DNA of 64,000 bases from Octopus vulgaris. Taxonomy: Eukaryota. The notes below the pieces were generated by a model. The model ran no database searches, was not told the DNA's origin, and saw only the letters and a list, made by a program, of their open reading frames with translations. The stretch covers positions 35,402,001 through 35,466,000 of the forward strand of contig OX597822.1 of the NCBI GenBank assembly GCA_951406725.2, in the 5' to 3' direction. The first letter of the stretch is position 1; each line of letters begins with the position of its first letter. This document shows positions 1-14,318 of the stretch, one piece after another. The position numbers were made by a program, and so were the translations under genes.

Positions 1-340
1 TGGTTCCGGGTTCAGTCCCACTGCGTGGCACCACAGGCAAGTGTCTTCTGCTATAGCCCCGGGCCGACCAATGCCTTGTGAGTGGATTTGGTAGACGGAA
101 ACTGAAAGAAGCCTGTCGTATATATGTATATATATATAAGTGTATTTGTGTGTCTGTGTTTGTCCCCCTAGCATTGCTTGACAACCGATGCTGGTGTGTT
201 TACGTCCCCGTCACTTAGCGGTTCGACAAAAGAGACCGATAGAATAAGTACTGGGCTTACAAAGAATAAATCCCGGGGTCGATTTGCTCGACTAAAGGCG
301 GTGCTCCAGCATGGCCACAGTCAAATGACGGAAACAAGTA
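1..340 (+). mobile_element. SINE family A (tRNA-derived, CORE-like), cut by window start
   Basis: B-box ggttcagtccc, CORE-like ggcaagtgtcttct, internal TA/TG linker and a 3' body matching the other family A copies in the window. Confidence 0.9.
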
Positions 341-459
341 ATATCCAGAATATCCATATCCATATGTGTGTGTGTGTGTGTATACACATATATATATATG
401 TATGTATATATTATATATAAATTATATAAATATATATGTATGAATGTATATATACAGCA

Positions 460-501
<42 letters not shown>

Positions 502-527
502 GGAGTTAAACGCAGGTGTTATTCAAA

Positions 528-629
528 TTCTTCTACTTCCGACACTTGTTTCGAAGATACCACTGGTATTATTCCAAAGGAATAAAATGGTGTAAAACAA
601 TGTAAGCTTCTCTTCAGGGAAGTGAAGAA
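528..629 (-). ncRNA. Type I hammerhead ribozyme motif inside a (TA)n-flanked insert (~499-670)
   Basis: Minus strand reads ttcttcacttcc CTGAAGA gaag..cttc GAAA caagtg TC ggaagtagaagaa: intact core, stem I about 11-12 bp, stem II gaag/cttc with a long loop, minimal stem III. Confidence 0.8.
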
Positions 630-667
630 ATGAAACACGTCAATAAGGCATTTTAACAGAAAATTAT

Positions 668-717
<50 letters not shown>

Positions 718-881
718 CGATTAACTGAGCGCTATTAAGATTGTTTTCTACCTTTAAAAACAAGGAGTTGCAACCGTTTTACTTGTGCAATTTTTTGCTT
801 CCCTGGTAACTATTTATATATTTTTCCCTGTTAATTGTTAACAAGGGGAAAATACACACATCTATACATCTATTTTAAGAT

Positions 882-913
<32 letters not shown>

Positions 914-1873
914 CACACACATATATAATACTTTTATTATAGCTATAACATTAATATCAACGATGGTGCTTAACAAAGTTTTGCATTTTCTCTTTTTTAT
1001 AATTTTACATTGGTTTCAATACGTTCTATGTAATGCATGCTTCTTTATCTCAGGTAGTATTCTCTAAAGAATATAAAGTTTCATTCATAATACCACTATG
1101 CTTGATCAAGTCATTAACTTGCCTGTAACCTTCAGTAGCTAATCAATAGCTAATCAATCTGAATAACATATTTTTTATATCTTACACTATCGAAAACACT
1201 TCATCGGTTGACGATATAAGAGAATATAAGATTACATGAGTTGATTAGTTTAACATTTGATATCTTCTGCAGATTCCCATATTGTACTTTATAAATCCTG
1301 ATCTCTAATCATGTGGTATTTTATCTAACAAGCCAAATTCTATGCTACGTATTTTACTTCAATCGCTGTTGTTGTTATATCTCTCGTGAATTTATCGAAT
1401 CACATAGCAAGGCTTTATTTTCATAAATATATCCTATCCTTAGGCAGTTATAAAAAAAAAAGTTACGTTGTGTTCTCTCGGTCTGCTAGAGGAAACACCC
1501 AAATCCCACTCAAACTGAATGCAATATTCTTTATTTGCTTCTTTACTTTCCGAACCTACTGAGGGGCCCATGGAACCGAACTTTATTTAGACTTTCAAGG
1601 CATTTAGGCTAATATCCAGTTCATGGCTGTCTTAACTATCCCACCTAAGGGTGCTATTTTCCCCTGTGCATACTTGAACAACAAGGGAAAATGGCATGCT
1701 GTGTTCAAGGACAAAACACATCACCCGGTCCGAGAAACGAACCCACCATCTAGAGACTTTAAGTCCAACATCCTAGTCACTAGGCCACGCGCCTGCACAA
1801 GACACACACTACCAATTTTAAATGTGTAATGTGCTCTGCAGTCTACCATTCCCTGAACAAATATAATGAAATA

Positions 1874-2104
1874 TATTTCTTTACTACCCACAAGGGGCTA
1901 AACACAGAGGGGACAAACAAGGACAGACAAAGGGAATAAGTCGATTACATCGACCCCAGTGTGCAACTGGTACTTAATTTATCGACCCCGAAAGGATGAA
2001 AGGTAAAGTCGACCTCGGCGGAATTTGAACTTGGAACGTAACGACAGACGAAATACGGCTACGCATTTTGCCTGGCGTGCTAACGTTTCTGCCAGCTCGC
2101 CGCC
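1874..2104 (-). mobile_element. SINE family B (Meta-domain-like) with Tx1-like tail and TSD
   Basis: Head ggcggcgagctggcagaaacg, domain cctttcatcctttcggggtcgataaattaagtacc, tail tttgtcccctctgtgtttagccccttgtgggtagtaaagaaata; about 15-bp direct repeat aaatataatgaaata on both sides. Confidence 0.9.
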
Positions 2105-2824
2105 AAATATAATGAAATAGTTTATTCTTTGAGTGACTTTCGCACCGTTAGCGTTGACCTGCGGCTCAACATCAACGACGGCATTTCGTCTATCTTTACA
2201 TTCTGAGTTCAAATGCGTTTCATCCTTTTGAGATCGATTAAATAAGTAATCGACTAGCCTTCCCCCCACCTCAATGGGATGAATGTAATCGATTAGCCTC
2301 CTCGCCCAAATTTTCCGGCCTTATGCCTATAGTAGAAAGGACTATTACTGTTGTTAACAACAATAATGGTTTGCGAGTGAATTTGCTTTACAGAAACTAT
2401 GGGGAAACAAGTCGTGTTTATATATGTGAGTCAGTGTGTGTGTGTGTGTGTGGACTGAAGGTGGTGCCCCAGCATGGGCACAGTAAAATGACTGAAACAA
2501 GTAAAAGAGTAAAGAGTACTATTTTCAGAACTGTATGCAAATTATTTTCGGGTGTGTGACCTCATTGATATTTCAAAATTTATGATTTTAAAGTTAAGAA
2601 TTCTACTGAATATTGAATATTATTGAATTGTTTACCAAGAAAAATAAAATCAGACTCAATCTGTCGCCTGGTTCAATACCACCTCCGACCAACTTGGGTG
2701 TGTTTGAACCTTTGTCGCAGTGTTCCTTGTTGCAAGCATTCGGTGTCAGGTACGAGAATACCATTTTTACTCTTCATACCGCAATTCTTGGAGGCTCTGG
2801 AAGCAGCTGCAGACAATGCCTTCC

Positions 2825-3236
2825 ATTCTTTTATTCTTTTAGTTGTTTCAGTTTTTTGACTGCGGTCATGCTGGAGCACCACCTTTTAGTCGAACAAATC
2901 GACCCCAGGACTTATTCTTTATAAGCATCGTACTTATTCTATCGTTCTCTTTTGCTGAACCGCTAGGTTACGGGGACGTAAACACCAATATCGGTTGCCA
3001 AGCGATGGTGGTGGGGGGACAAACACAGATACACAAACATAAACACACACACACACACACACAAACATATACACGACAGGCTTCTTTCAGTTTCCATCTA
3101 CCAAATTCACTCACAAGGTTTTGGTCGGCCCGAGGCTATAGTAGAAGATACTTGCCCAAGGTGCCACGCAGTGGAAGTGAACCTGGAACAATGCAGTTGG
3201 GAAGCAAGCCTCTTACCACAATGCCACTCCTCCATC
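2825..3236 (-). mobile_element. SINE family A, near full length
   Basis: Reverse complement of the family A consensus from head to tail. Confidence 0.9.
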
Positions 3237-3280
3237 TAAACTAAAAGATAAAAAATAGTTCTCAGGTAAAAATGTGCTTT

Positions 3281-3353
<73 letters not shown>

Positions 3354-3659
3354 CGAAAATATAGGACAGGGAGACGGCTAAGAATCATACGGAAACAACA
3401 CGTAAACGCACATACAATCAACGCAGACATGCTTCAGCCATGTCGATGAAATATCATCACAATTTCGACACCTTCCGTCAATGTTGTTCGATTTGGCGTA
3501 ACAACCATAGACAAACATAAACAGGAAAATACGATCTTGTGTGTTTGTGTATGTGTTTGTTTACTAACAACGTTTTCATTCTGGGCTACTTTTTAAGATG
3601 ATCCGTTGTTTTTGTTTCTTTTTATGAAATTAATCCGGAAAATCTGTTCCAACTTTGTA

Positions 3660-4038
3660 TCTCTCTATATAAACGGCAGTTTGTCTGTCTGCGTGTCTGT
3701 GTGTCTGTAAGGTTGTACCCTCACCCTGACCACTGCTTTCAACCGATTCTGATGAAACTTGACACACACATGGCCCAATGTCATAATTCAAAACTAACGC
3801 AGCGAAAATTTTGAAAAGTTTCCCAGTTCTGAAAAAATCGATAAATTCGACATGGGGTCGAGAATCAGAAACACAAATCACAGACTGTCTAGGGGACGCA
3901 ACTCGACCTTTTTAACTCTCAAAAAAATTTACCATCATTTGTTTTCCATTTTTTTGCTATTTTTTGGATATAACTCTCTAAAAATGTTCTATAGTTATTT
4001 CCCTTACAAACCCGAGCAACGCCGGGCGATACTGCTAG
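3660..4038 (+). mobile_element. Non-autonomous Helitron
   Basis: Starts TC after A and ends CTAG before T, with subterminal GC hairpin cccgagcaacgccggg; no TSD. Confidence 0.8.
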
Positions 4039-4488
4039 TAAGTTAATAAATACTTAAGTTAACAAGCATCTTGGAAATAACCTTGGAATGAACATCAAAT
4101 TTTAGCTTGCATTCAAATATATGATATAAGATTATGGAACTTGTCGTTGTTGTTTAACGGCGGGTGAGACTTGATCGAACGGATCTACGATAAAAGATGT
4201 CTCATCCATGTCTATGATCCTCCAACCTTTCCAATCACACACACACACGCACGCATGTATGTATGTATGTATGTACGTAGACATATATAAGGCGATCAGG
4301 CAAAATTGTGAGTTTGTAGGACAATTAGTGGAATTTATTTCGGCAATTTACGTACCGAACTGAACTTCCACCGAGATCGACTTTATCCTTTCAGGATCGA
4401 TAAAATAGGTACAAATTCAGTACTGAGGCTAGTGTGATCGTCTTGCTCCCAACCCTAAACTTTATACATATATATGCATATATATATA

Positions 4489-4585
4489 TATATAAGAAAT
4501 TAAAAAAGGAAAATACGCACACTTATTAAAAATTATATTATAACCATGTAAGTGTGCGTATTTTCCTTTTTTAATTTCTTATATA
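4489..4585. repeat. Inverted repeat (37-bp arms, 23-bp spacer) in a (TA)n-flanked insert
   Basis: tataagaaattaaaaaaggaaaatacgcacactta ... taagtgtgcgtattttccttttttaatttcttata. Confidence 0.9.
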
Positions 4586-4634
4586 CATTACAATCCACCA
4601 CGTGGGGACAACCGAAATTCCTCTTTTCTGTTAC

Positions 4635-4916
<282 letters not shown>

Positions 4917-5175
4917 AAAACCAGTGGTCTAGCATATTAAAATCTGAAGCTTCAGAAAATTATATTACGTAGATATAAGAGGGATGACCACTACGTGGAC
5001 AACCCTTATGCTAGAAGTCAAAACCCCAATGGTCTTACCACAATGAAAGGAATGTTCTTCAGAAATTTAGCAAACGCCAGAACGTAAGTGAGCAAGAAAA
5101 TGAAAAGAAACAAAAATATAGATTAATCATAGACATGTTTCGCTACCAACAGTTACGCAATTTTACTTACGCAAT
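4917..5175 (-). mobile_element. Penelope-pLTR/retrozyme-like fragment with the 3' half of a hammerhead and a conserved stem motif
   Basis: Minus strand CGAAACATGTC at 5132-5142; ctagcata...tatgctag-accact motif similar to 37933-38024. Confidence 0.5.
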
Positions 5176-5325
5176 ATGTATATATATGTGTGTGTGTACT
5201 TACTCTATCGGTCTATATTGCCGAACCGCTAAGTTAGGGGGACGTAAACACACCACCGTCGGTTGTTAAGTGATGTTGGGGGGAGGGGACAAACACATAC
5301 ACACAAACATATACACACACACACA

Positions 5326-5392
<67 letters not shown>

Positions 5393-6191
5393 GACGGGTA
5401 TTTTTCAGTTTCCGTCTACCAAATCTACTCACAAGGCTTTGGTCGGCTCGAGGCTATAGTAGAAGACACTTGCCCAAGGTGCCACGCAGTGGGAATGAAC
5501 CCGTAAGCAAGCTACATACCACACCGCCACTCAAATGTTCTGGATTGTCTGTAATTGTAGTTTTTGTAGCTGCGGTTGTGTATATCTAATCTTTAAATTT
5601 CATAATTAAATATCACGGTCTTTTGTCAGACCTTGAACAAAGTCTACCTTCTAGTCAACAATAATAAATAACAGGCTTCAGATCAAATGCATTCCAATCG
5701 TGGCCATCTCATCATATTTTAAATATATCATATTCCTTTGTTTCTTGTTTTTTTTTCTTTTCTTTTTTTTTTTTGCTTGTTTCAATCATTTGACAGCGGC
5801 CATGCAGAAAACACCGCGTTGAAGGGGTTTTAGTCGAACAAATCGACCCTAGGATTTATTTCTTAAGCCTAGTACTTATGCTATTGGTCTCTTTTGCCGA
5901 ACTGCTACGTTACGGGGATGTAAAACACACCAACACCGGTTGTGAAGTAGTGTTGAGGGAACAAACACTGACACAAAGACACTCATACATACATAAATAC
6001 ATACATGCATACAAAAATTATAGATATACTATTAAAATTATAATTTAGGGTATCTAAGAGATAACCACGCTGGAAAAAGCAGCCAAACCTAAATTATAAT
6101 TTTAATAATATTATTACCTTCCAAGGTATTTTATTCCCATGCTAGCCACTTGATAAGATCGATAATTAAATTAAGGATCTTATTCTTATTT

Positions 6192-6300
<109 letters not shown>

Positions 6301-7104
6301 TTTACGACGAGCTTCTTTCAGTTTCCGTCTAGGAAATCCACTCACAGGGCTTTGGTCGGCTCGAGGCTATTTCAGAAGACACTTGCCCAAGGTGCCACCT
6401 AATGGGACAGAACCCGGAACCATGCGGTTGGGACGCAAGCCTCTTACCACACAGTCACACCTGCGCCTTAAATCTAGGATTTCATTGTCGTGCAGTATAT
6501 TGTCCAATGTCTGAGTGTGTAGATTCGATTTGATGGTGATTTTGGTGCTATTTCTAGCATGTCGAGTAACCATCCAAAGGCTTCTCTGCCAGTTTCACCT
6601 GTATTCTTTGATATATAAATAAATATTTAACGATGACTTCCTTTTCAAAGCACTTGAAGCCTTTTCTCTGTTGAGATGTTTATATGAGATATGACGTCAT
6701 TTTCCTATGGCAACACACCTGAAGTTATAAATAGCATCATCATAAGTGTATGCATAGATGTGTAGTTAATATGTTTAGTTTTGAAACAACTATGTTCTGA
6801 GTTCGAACCCACTTCACGGCACATTTGACAAGTGTCCTCTGTAGCCTTACGTTGTGAGTGGAATTTGGTTCTCAAACACTTCGTGGAACCCCCAAGTTAA
6901 TATATTTTTCCAAGTAAAATGTTGACAGTGACTTCAAAGTTTTGGCTTACTTGGCATCGTATGAACGACTTAAAATCGTTTGGAAGCTTGGAATCATTGA
7001 AACTAGTAAAAGAGTAAAACGTAAATGAATTTTTTTTTTTTTTTTGCAGGAATAATGAATGCAATACCTTAGCTGTATATTTACATCACATATTGGTATT
7101 TCTG

Positions 7105-7473
7105 CAGGCACAAAGCCCGAAATTTTGGGGGAGGGTCTAGTCGATTAGATCGACCCCAGTACTCAACTGGTACTTAATTTATCGACACCGAAGGGATGAA
7201 AGGCAAAGTCGACCTCGGTGGAATTTGAACTCAGAACATAACGAAGGACGAAATACCTATTTCTTTACTACCCACAAGGGGATAAACGCAGAGGGGACAA
7301 ACGGATTAAGTCGATATATCGACCCCAGTCCGTAACTGGTACTTATTTAATCGACCCCGAAAGGATGAAAAGCAAAGTCGACCTCCGCGGAATTTGAACT
7401 CAGAACGTAACGACAGACGAAATACCGGTAAACATTTTGCCCGGCGTGCTAACATTTATACCAGCTCACCGCC
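7105..7473 (-). mobile_element. SINE family B dimer
   Basis: Two Meta-like domains joined at tail-aaagaaatag|gtatttcgtc. Confidence 0.85.
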
Positions 7474-7879
7474 TTGGTAAAGATTTCAATAATGGTCCCA
7501 TAATGACTTTCAGATTGTATAGTTTCATTTATATTTATAAAAAGAAATCACCATGCTTTTCCTTATTAATGCCCTCAGTTTGAAATATATAATGGGACCA
7601 CTGTTCTTATCTTTTAGTATAGAATTTTCTAGCAGAAAGCTGTGGTTTAGTAGAATTGTTAACTTGTTTGGTAGAGTAGTAATCATTTACTTCGATGGGG
7701 GTTTGGTACTTTCTGAGTTCAGATCATTCTGTGTCAACTGTCATATGCACGTTGACCACGGGTCAATAAGTTAAAGTATCAAGCAACCAACACCGTCAAT
7801 TTTATTGGCTGGTTTAGGCTTCTCTCGTGTTTCTTGAAGCCTGGGTCTACATTTGAGAATCCTGAACATTATATGTGCT

Positions 7880-8720
7880 CGTTCTTTCATTGTAGACAAG
7901 AGTGAAAACCCAAATGACCACAGTATTCTTCAGTATTCCTGTAAGGAGCAGTGAGCAAATGCATTATTGGATTGAAGGTCATTGAATGGAGAGTAGAATC
8001 GATAGGCTACCCGCCAATCTGATTAGAAATTAGCGCCAATTGCTCTTGATTCTTCACTATAACTTTTGCTACATGCGATTGTTCGCTATTAGTTCGCTAT
8101 TCGCTATTAGTTTGCTATTAGTTCGCTATAATACGGTGTAATATGAAAAATTAGAAGAATTTGGATAATTTTAAATGCCAGAAAACGTGGAATATCAAAT
8201 GGTTCCTCTCTTGCCAACACCTCACGGCAATTAAACAAATCGCTATTTTAATGAATCTCTTTTAGTTGAATTTTGCTGATATGTGCCTTCACTAATTACT
8301 CCTGATCCTATACTTTATACCCATAGCACAATTATCGATAACAACAACATCGTAAAAGTGAATCCTTCTAGATTGCAACACTTTGGCTTGAATCGGCTTC
8401 TGATACCTAGGGAGCAGAAGAAAACTGAAATAGCTTCAGTATATGACTACACACAGCTTAAGATGATAAAGAACTACGACGATCAAACAATTAATATTAG
8501 CTTATCAAACAATTAAACCTTCATCGGAGAAGGCTTCTGGTAACTACTAACAAAGATCGAAATAGAGAGACGTATATAATCTTCACACATCATTCCTAGA
8601 GATCCTCAAAGGTCATTCGAATTGCTACAAAGAGCAGTAATTTTCTCCAGTAATATCAATCATGCAATTATTGACCCTAAACAAAAGAGATTCAGAGCAT
8701 CGATTTATTGGTAGAACATA
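7880..8720 (+). pseudogene. Highly decayed Penelope-like reverse transcriptase
   Basis: Frameshifted fragments in the expected order: FSIPV (FTNIPV-like), KRGISNGSSLA (G.AMGS.L.P-like), PILY..IIDN (Y.DD-like), LLQRAVIFSS (L..RA..ICS-like). Confidence 0.45.
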
Positions 8721-9555
8721 TTTACGGGGAAAAGTATAGCTAAATTAATCGGCCTCTGTATATTACTGGTACATATGTTGTAGATTCTGTAGCGATAAAG
8801 AAACTAATTCAAATCAAGTAGAATTTTGAGCAAAAAACAATCTGGAACAAAATAACTTTTTATTTCTTTAAGTGCAACAACAAAGGTAGAATTTTATTCA
8901 ATTATAATTGCACAAATAATGACGATAAAAAAGAAACCGTTAGTGTTAATGAAAATAATTTGTATCAAGGTAAAGGGAGATAATACCGAAATCTAAAAAG
9001 CTTATAGATTGAATCAGTGGATACAGGCAAACTTCCAAATTGACACTTCCAAATTGCAGTTACAACTCTGGACATTTTCAAACCTATAAGTCTTACTCGG
9101 GGAAGGAGTTTCAAATTACTTAGCAGATCACACAAAGAGTGAGATTTCCAAGCAATGCGCGTGATTGCATAGTTAGAGAATGAATTACTACCTTCTAAAA
9201 ATAAATATGCTTTACAATAAGTATTACGCACTCTTTTGATTGTAGAATTTATATACATACACACACACACATACACACACGCGCACACATATGTATATAT
9301 ATGTACATGTATGTATGCATATATGTATGTATGGTGAGTGTATGTATTTTTGTACGTAAATATATATATATATATCAGTTTGCGTACATACATATATGTA
9401 AATATATACACATGATTCTTTCTATATACACGCTACTTGCTTATGTAAATAAATATATATATTTATATTTATACACGCACACATATCTATATACATACAT
9501 ACAAACACACATACATAGACTCATGCATACATACATACATACATACATACATACA

Positions 9556-9591
<36 letters not shown>

Positions 9592-9818
9592 CAGAAGTCT
9601 GTGTGTTTGTAGGTACATGTGTGTGTTCTTTAATTTATATCTTGAGTATTTTTTCTCTCTCTGTATAAACAAAAATTCATAGGTCCACACATATACACAA
9701 TACACTTTCACACACATATACATATACACACATATACATACATATGTACACATATATATGTGCATGAAAAAAAAAATATATATATATATATACACATGTG
9801 CATGCATATGTGTGTGTG

Positions 9819-9869
<51 letters not shown>

Positions 9870-10889
9870 TTGTCTATGTTTCTGTATTTCATGCTAAATC
9901 TTATTCTTTCTATCTCCATTCTTTCCCACCTGCCACCCCTCTGCCCGTGCATGAATTCCACTGCACTAACAAATAACCACTATAACATACATTTCCTCCC
10001 ATTATCTCTCTAATCTCTTAAACTTACTGCTGTTCTTTCTTTTCTTTAATATAAATGTTTATATATTTTTATTCTTATGATTTGTTTTTATTTAGTTATT
10101 TATCTATTTATTTCTGTATTTTTGGCATTCTGTCTGCTATTGCAGGCAGAGTAAAAAAAAAAGTATATTACCATAGAATAGAACTAATTTTGTAGTTGTC
10201 AATGAGGCATCTATTTTTTGTCTTTTTTCTTTTCTCTCTCTCTTTCTCTCTCTCTCTATATATATATATAAATTGGTATATACACAATGCGGTTGGGTCC
10301 CGTATCTATCCCTAGATCCCATACGAGACTACTGAAGTTTGATCTTCTCTACATGCTACCATAATAGTCGTTTATTATACGGCTTTTCTACTAAGATGTG
10401 TTTGATTAATTCGATGTTGATATTTTTAGTTAAATAGGCTGAACAAGTGAGCATGTTGTCGATTTTCTGTTGGGATTTAGCAATCCGTTATTCTATCTTT
10501 TCGACCTTCTGTGGCACCCTTTTAGGGGAAGGAAGAAGAATAGTAGAGAGAAAATGTTTCGTGCATACGTACCGCCGCACCGTTTTATTTTGTATTTTCT
10601 AAGCAGTAAGTAATGTTTTAGAAACATGTTACTAAAAATTTACCTCCTGATCGAGATACGGGAGACGGGAGAAGGGAGAAGGGAGAAAGAAAGAAACAAA
10701 CAAACAGCAAACAAACAAACAAAAAGGAATAAAAAAGAAAGAAAGAAAAAGAAAGAGAGAAAGAAAGAGATGCGAAGGACGAGTGTAAGGGAAATTAAGA
10801 AAGTTGTAAATGTAAAAAATGTCAAGAACAGAAAAATATCTCAAGAGGAGATCAGAAGGAGGGGTGGCCAAAAAAAGATAAAGAAAGAA

Positions 10890-10920
<31 letters not shown>

Positions 10921-11452
10921 AAGAGTGTCTGAGCGAAGGTCAATGGAGATAAGAAAAAATCCCGAAAGCTGGCTCTCTGAAGTCTGTAATGTCAAGATAT
11001 CAACTTATAAACATGCAAAGCAAATAAACTAATATAAAATAATAAAGTGATAAAATAAAATAAAACTTGATTCCTTTTTAATCCCTCCTTTAGCTGCGTA
11101 TCGTCAGTCATAAAATTTGCTGCATTTTGGAGAATGGAGCTCAACTACTTCCGCTAAAGCCAACACTCTTCCTACATGATTACCGACGTCTGTATTTAAA
11201 ACAAAAAGAAAAAGAATACTGTTATATGCGCTTATGAAATCAGAAAAAAGTCCTCAATTAGAAAATCAAAAACAGAGCAGCTGAAGATTTAATGTTGCAG
11301 AAAATTAGCCGTAAAATTAGAACCTTGTAGGTAAATGAAGCGTAATATTACACGCTTTTAACCTTAGGACATTGAGATATAAAAGAGATTTAGAAATCCA
11401 ACTGTTTCTCCTTGATTGTCGTCCTTCAGACAATAATCATATTGTTAATTAT

Positions 11453-11633
11453 AGGCGTAGGAGTGGCTGAGTGGTAAGTAGCTTGCTTACCAACCACATG
11501 GTTCCGGGTTCAGTCCCATTGCGTGGCACCTTGGGCAAGTGTCTTCTACTATAGCCTCGAGCCGACCAAAGCCTTGTGAGTGGTTTTGGTAGACGGAAAC
11601 TAAAAGAAGCCTGTCGTATATATGTATATATGT

Positions 11634-11676
<43 letters not shown>

Positions 11677-11852
11677 TTCCCCAACATTGCTTGACAACCG
11701 ATGCTGGTGTGTTTACTTCTCCGTAACTTAGCGGTTCGGCAAAAGAATAAGTACTAGGCTTATAAAGAATAAGTCCTGGGGTCGATTTGCTCGACTAAAG
11801 GCGGTGCTCCAGCATGGCCACAGAGTCAAATGACTGAATCAAGTAAAAGAGT
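11453..11852 (+). mobile_element. SINE family A, full length
   Basis: A-box tggctgagtgg, B-box ggttcagtccc, CORE-like segment, (TG)n linker, aagtaaaaga tail. Confidence 0.92.
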
Positions 11853-12220
11853 ATAGTTTTATCAATATTATTTTTTGCATTGGCGCAAATTCACTAATTT
11901 TTCCATGGGTAATATATATAAATAACTACTACGAACCCAATATCAGTACTAATTTCATTGGCCCAAAATGAGGATAACTACATGATAACTACAATAGATT
12001 TAGTATCCAGGACTTTCTACTAAATAAAGTCTAGCATTAGAACATACTTATTTAAGCCGTCCGCTTCCGATGGAGCAGAGGTTGCCGATGCCTTTTTTTT
12101 CTACTTTTCTAAACACTTTTGCTTCTCTCTTCTTGGATTTCTGCTTTTCAGTACTTTCTCAGTATTGCACCTCCAGTAACTTTTAATATGTCCTCTCTTT
12201 TGCTTCCCTATTGACGTGTG

Positions 12221-12284
<64 letters not shown>

Positions 12285-12602
12285 CACACACATACAAAGG
12301 GGATAGCGACCGTAACCGATATTAATAAATGAAATACCGTTCTCTGCATTCCTTTGTTTGTCTACATAGACTTTACATACTTATATTCTTACTTAGGTTT
12401 CGGTCAGATTTCACTCAGACCAGGACTAACTTAATAGCTTGTGTGTGTGTGCCCGCGCGCACGCGCACAATTATATTTAACACGTTCGTGTAAAGGTCTT
12501 TCTACATCGGAGTGTATAACTCATGAAGTATACTTGTACATACCACCATTTCACTTAAGGCGCTTCGTACACCACCACTTAATTAGTCACATCTTGACTA
12601 AG

Positions 12603-12669
<67 letters not shown>

Positions 12670-12674
<5 letters not shown>

Positions 12675-13965
12675 AAATATTAGGGAATAAATCCAAACCT
12701 ACAGGGAAAAATCAGATTTAGGATTAAATCCAATTTTATAGTATAAATATATTAAATTATATTATATTAAATTAGAGATAAAACCACTATTAGTCAAATC
12801 AAACAGTGAAAAACATAAGCCAATACATAAAATTAATTTAATATATATTATTTTAAATATATATCAAAAGTATTAAAAGTTTAATAAAAGATAAAGAGTA
12901 AAACATTACGATCGTTTCATGGCTGTACCAATTCGAATAACAATAATTTAAATTCAATTAATAATTCTAGTTATGGTTACAGTCAATCTTCAGGTTAATT
13001 GAAATATTTAAGAAATAATCAGAAATATTTAAACAATATTTTTAAGATATAAATAATATAATAATTTTACTTATAATAAACTCTATTATCAAACTAGAAA
13101 CATAAAACTTAATTATGATTATATCAAAATCGACTATAATGTTAAATATTAATTTTAATTTATAAGGTAGGAAACCAACCAATAATCTAATATCGGTAAT
13201 AATCTATATCTAATTACATAAATATTTAAAAATGACTATTATATATAAATTATCAATGAAAATATATAAATGTATATAAATATTATAATTAAGATCTAAA
13301 ATAATCTCCATAAATAAATATATATGCACATATAATAAAAACATAATGAATTAATTTTTCATATTTAAAGGTGAAATAGTTAATTTCAAAAATACAAATA
13401 AACAAACTTAAACGAACTTTCGGAAATCTTATGTAAAATACTTATAGAAATAATCAATTTGTAGTAATATAGTATCGAATAAATACTATAAATACTATAA
13501 ATATAATTATCAATGGGAATAACTAGCGACTATCAATTTACAAAGACAATAACTAAGTTATGCTATTAAATTAGATATGGCCTAGACCAATCTTTAGCCG
13601 AAACAGATCTAAGTTTATCAAAGTTTATCTAATTTAATTATAAGAAATTTAAAACTACAATTAATACTATTAAAACATGTATATACAAAAGCCTGACTTT
13701 ATACACCTCGTATACTTGCTATCAAACAACAAATCTATCGCTAAGTAGTATCTTACAAATAAACTTAAATTTAATATCTAATAATATAGAAAATTACGAT
13801 AATTAGATCATTACATAAACAACGATATTTACATAAGGAAAATATTAATACACCAAAGACTTATAAAATATTAAAATTTACAATTTGAAGATCTTAAATA
13901 TCAATAAATACTTATCTTAGCGAGGTTTGCCTAATAGTGGTTTTATCTCTAATTTAATATAATAT
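12670..13965 (-). mobile_element. About 1.26-kb non-coding Penelope-like element in (TA)n with hammerhead and short inverted terminal segment
   Basis: Flanked by (TA)n; 13926-13965 is an inverted copy of about 12762-12798; a homologous second copy lies at 63117-63470. Confidence 0.7.
12901..12999 (-). ncRNA. Type I hammerhead ribozyme motif (stem I damaged)
   Basis: aac CTGAAGA ttgactgta...tacagccat GAAA cgatcg TA; in the 63345 copy TA is followed by gtt, which would pair with aac. Confidence 0.65.
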
Positions 13966-14318
13966 ATATATATATATATACATATATACATATATATATA
14001 TACGTACATATATACATATGCATATATATATATATATATACAAATATACATCTATATACAATATATATATATATATATACACATATATATATATATATAT
14101 ACATACACACACACACATATATATATACATACATATACACACACACACACATATATATACATACATATACACACACACACATATATATACATACATATAC
14201 ACACACACACATATATATACATACATATACACACACACACATATATATACATACATATACACACACACACACATATATACATACATATACACACACACAC
14301 ACATATATACATACATAT

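Noticed and set aside
960-1445. Minus-strand fragments such as EFGLLDK suggesting a LINE RT
   Set aside because: Too degenerate to support a call without a profile search
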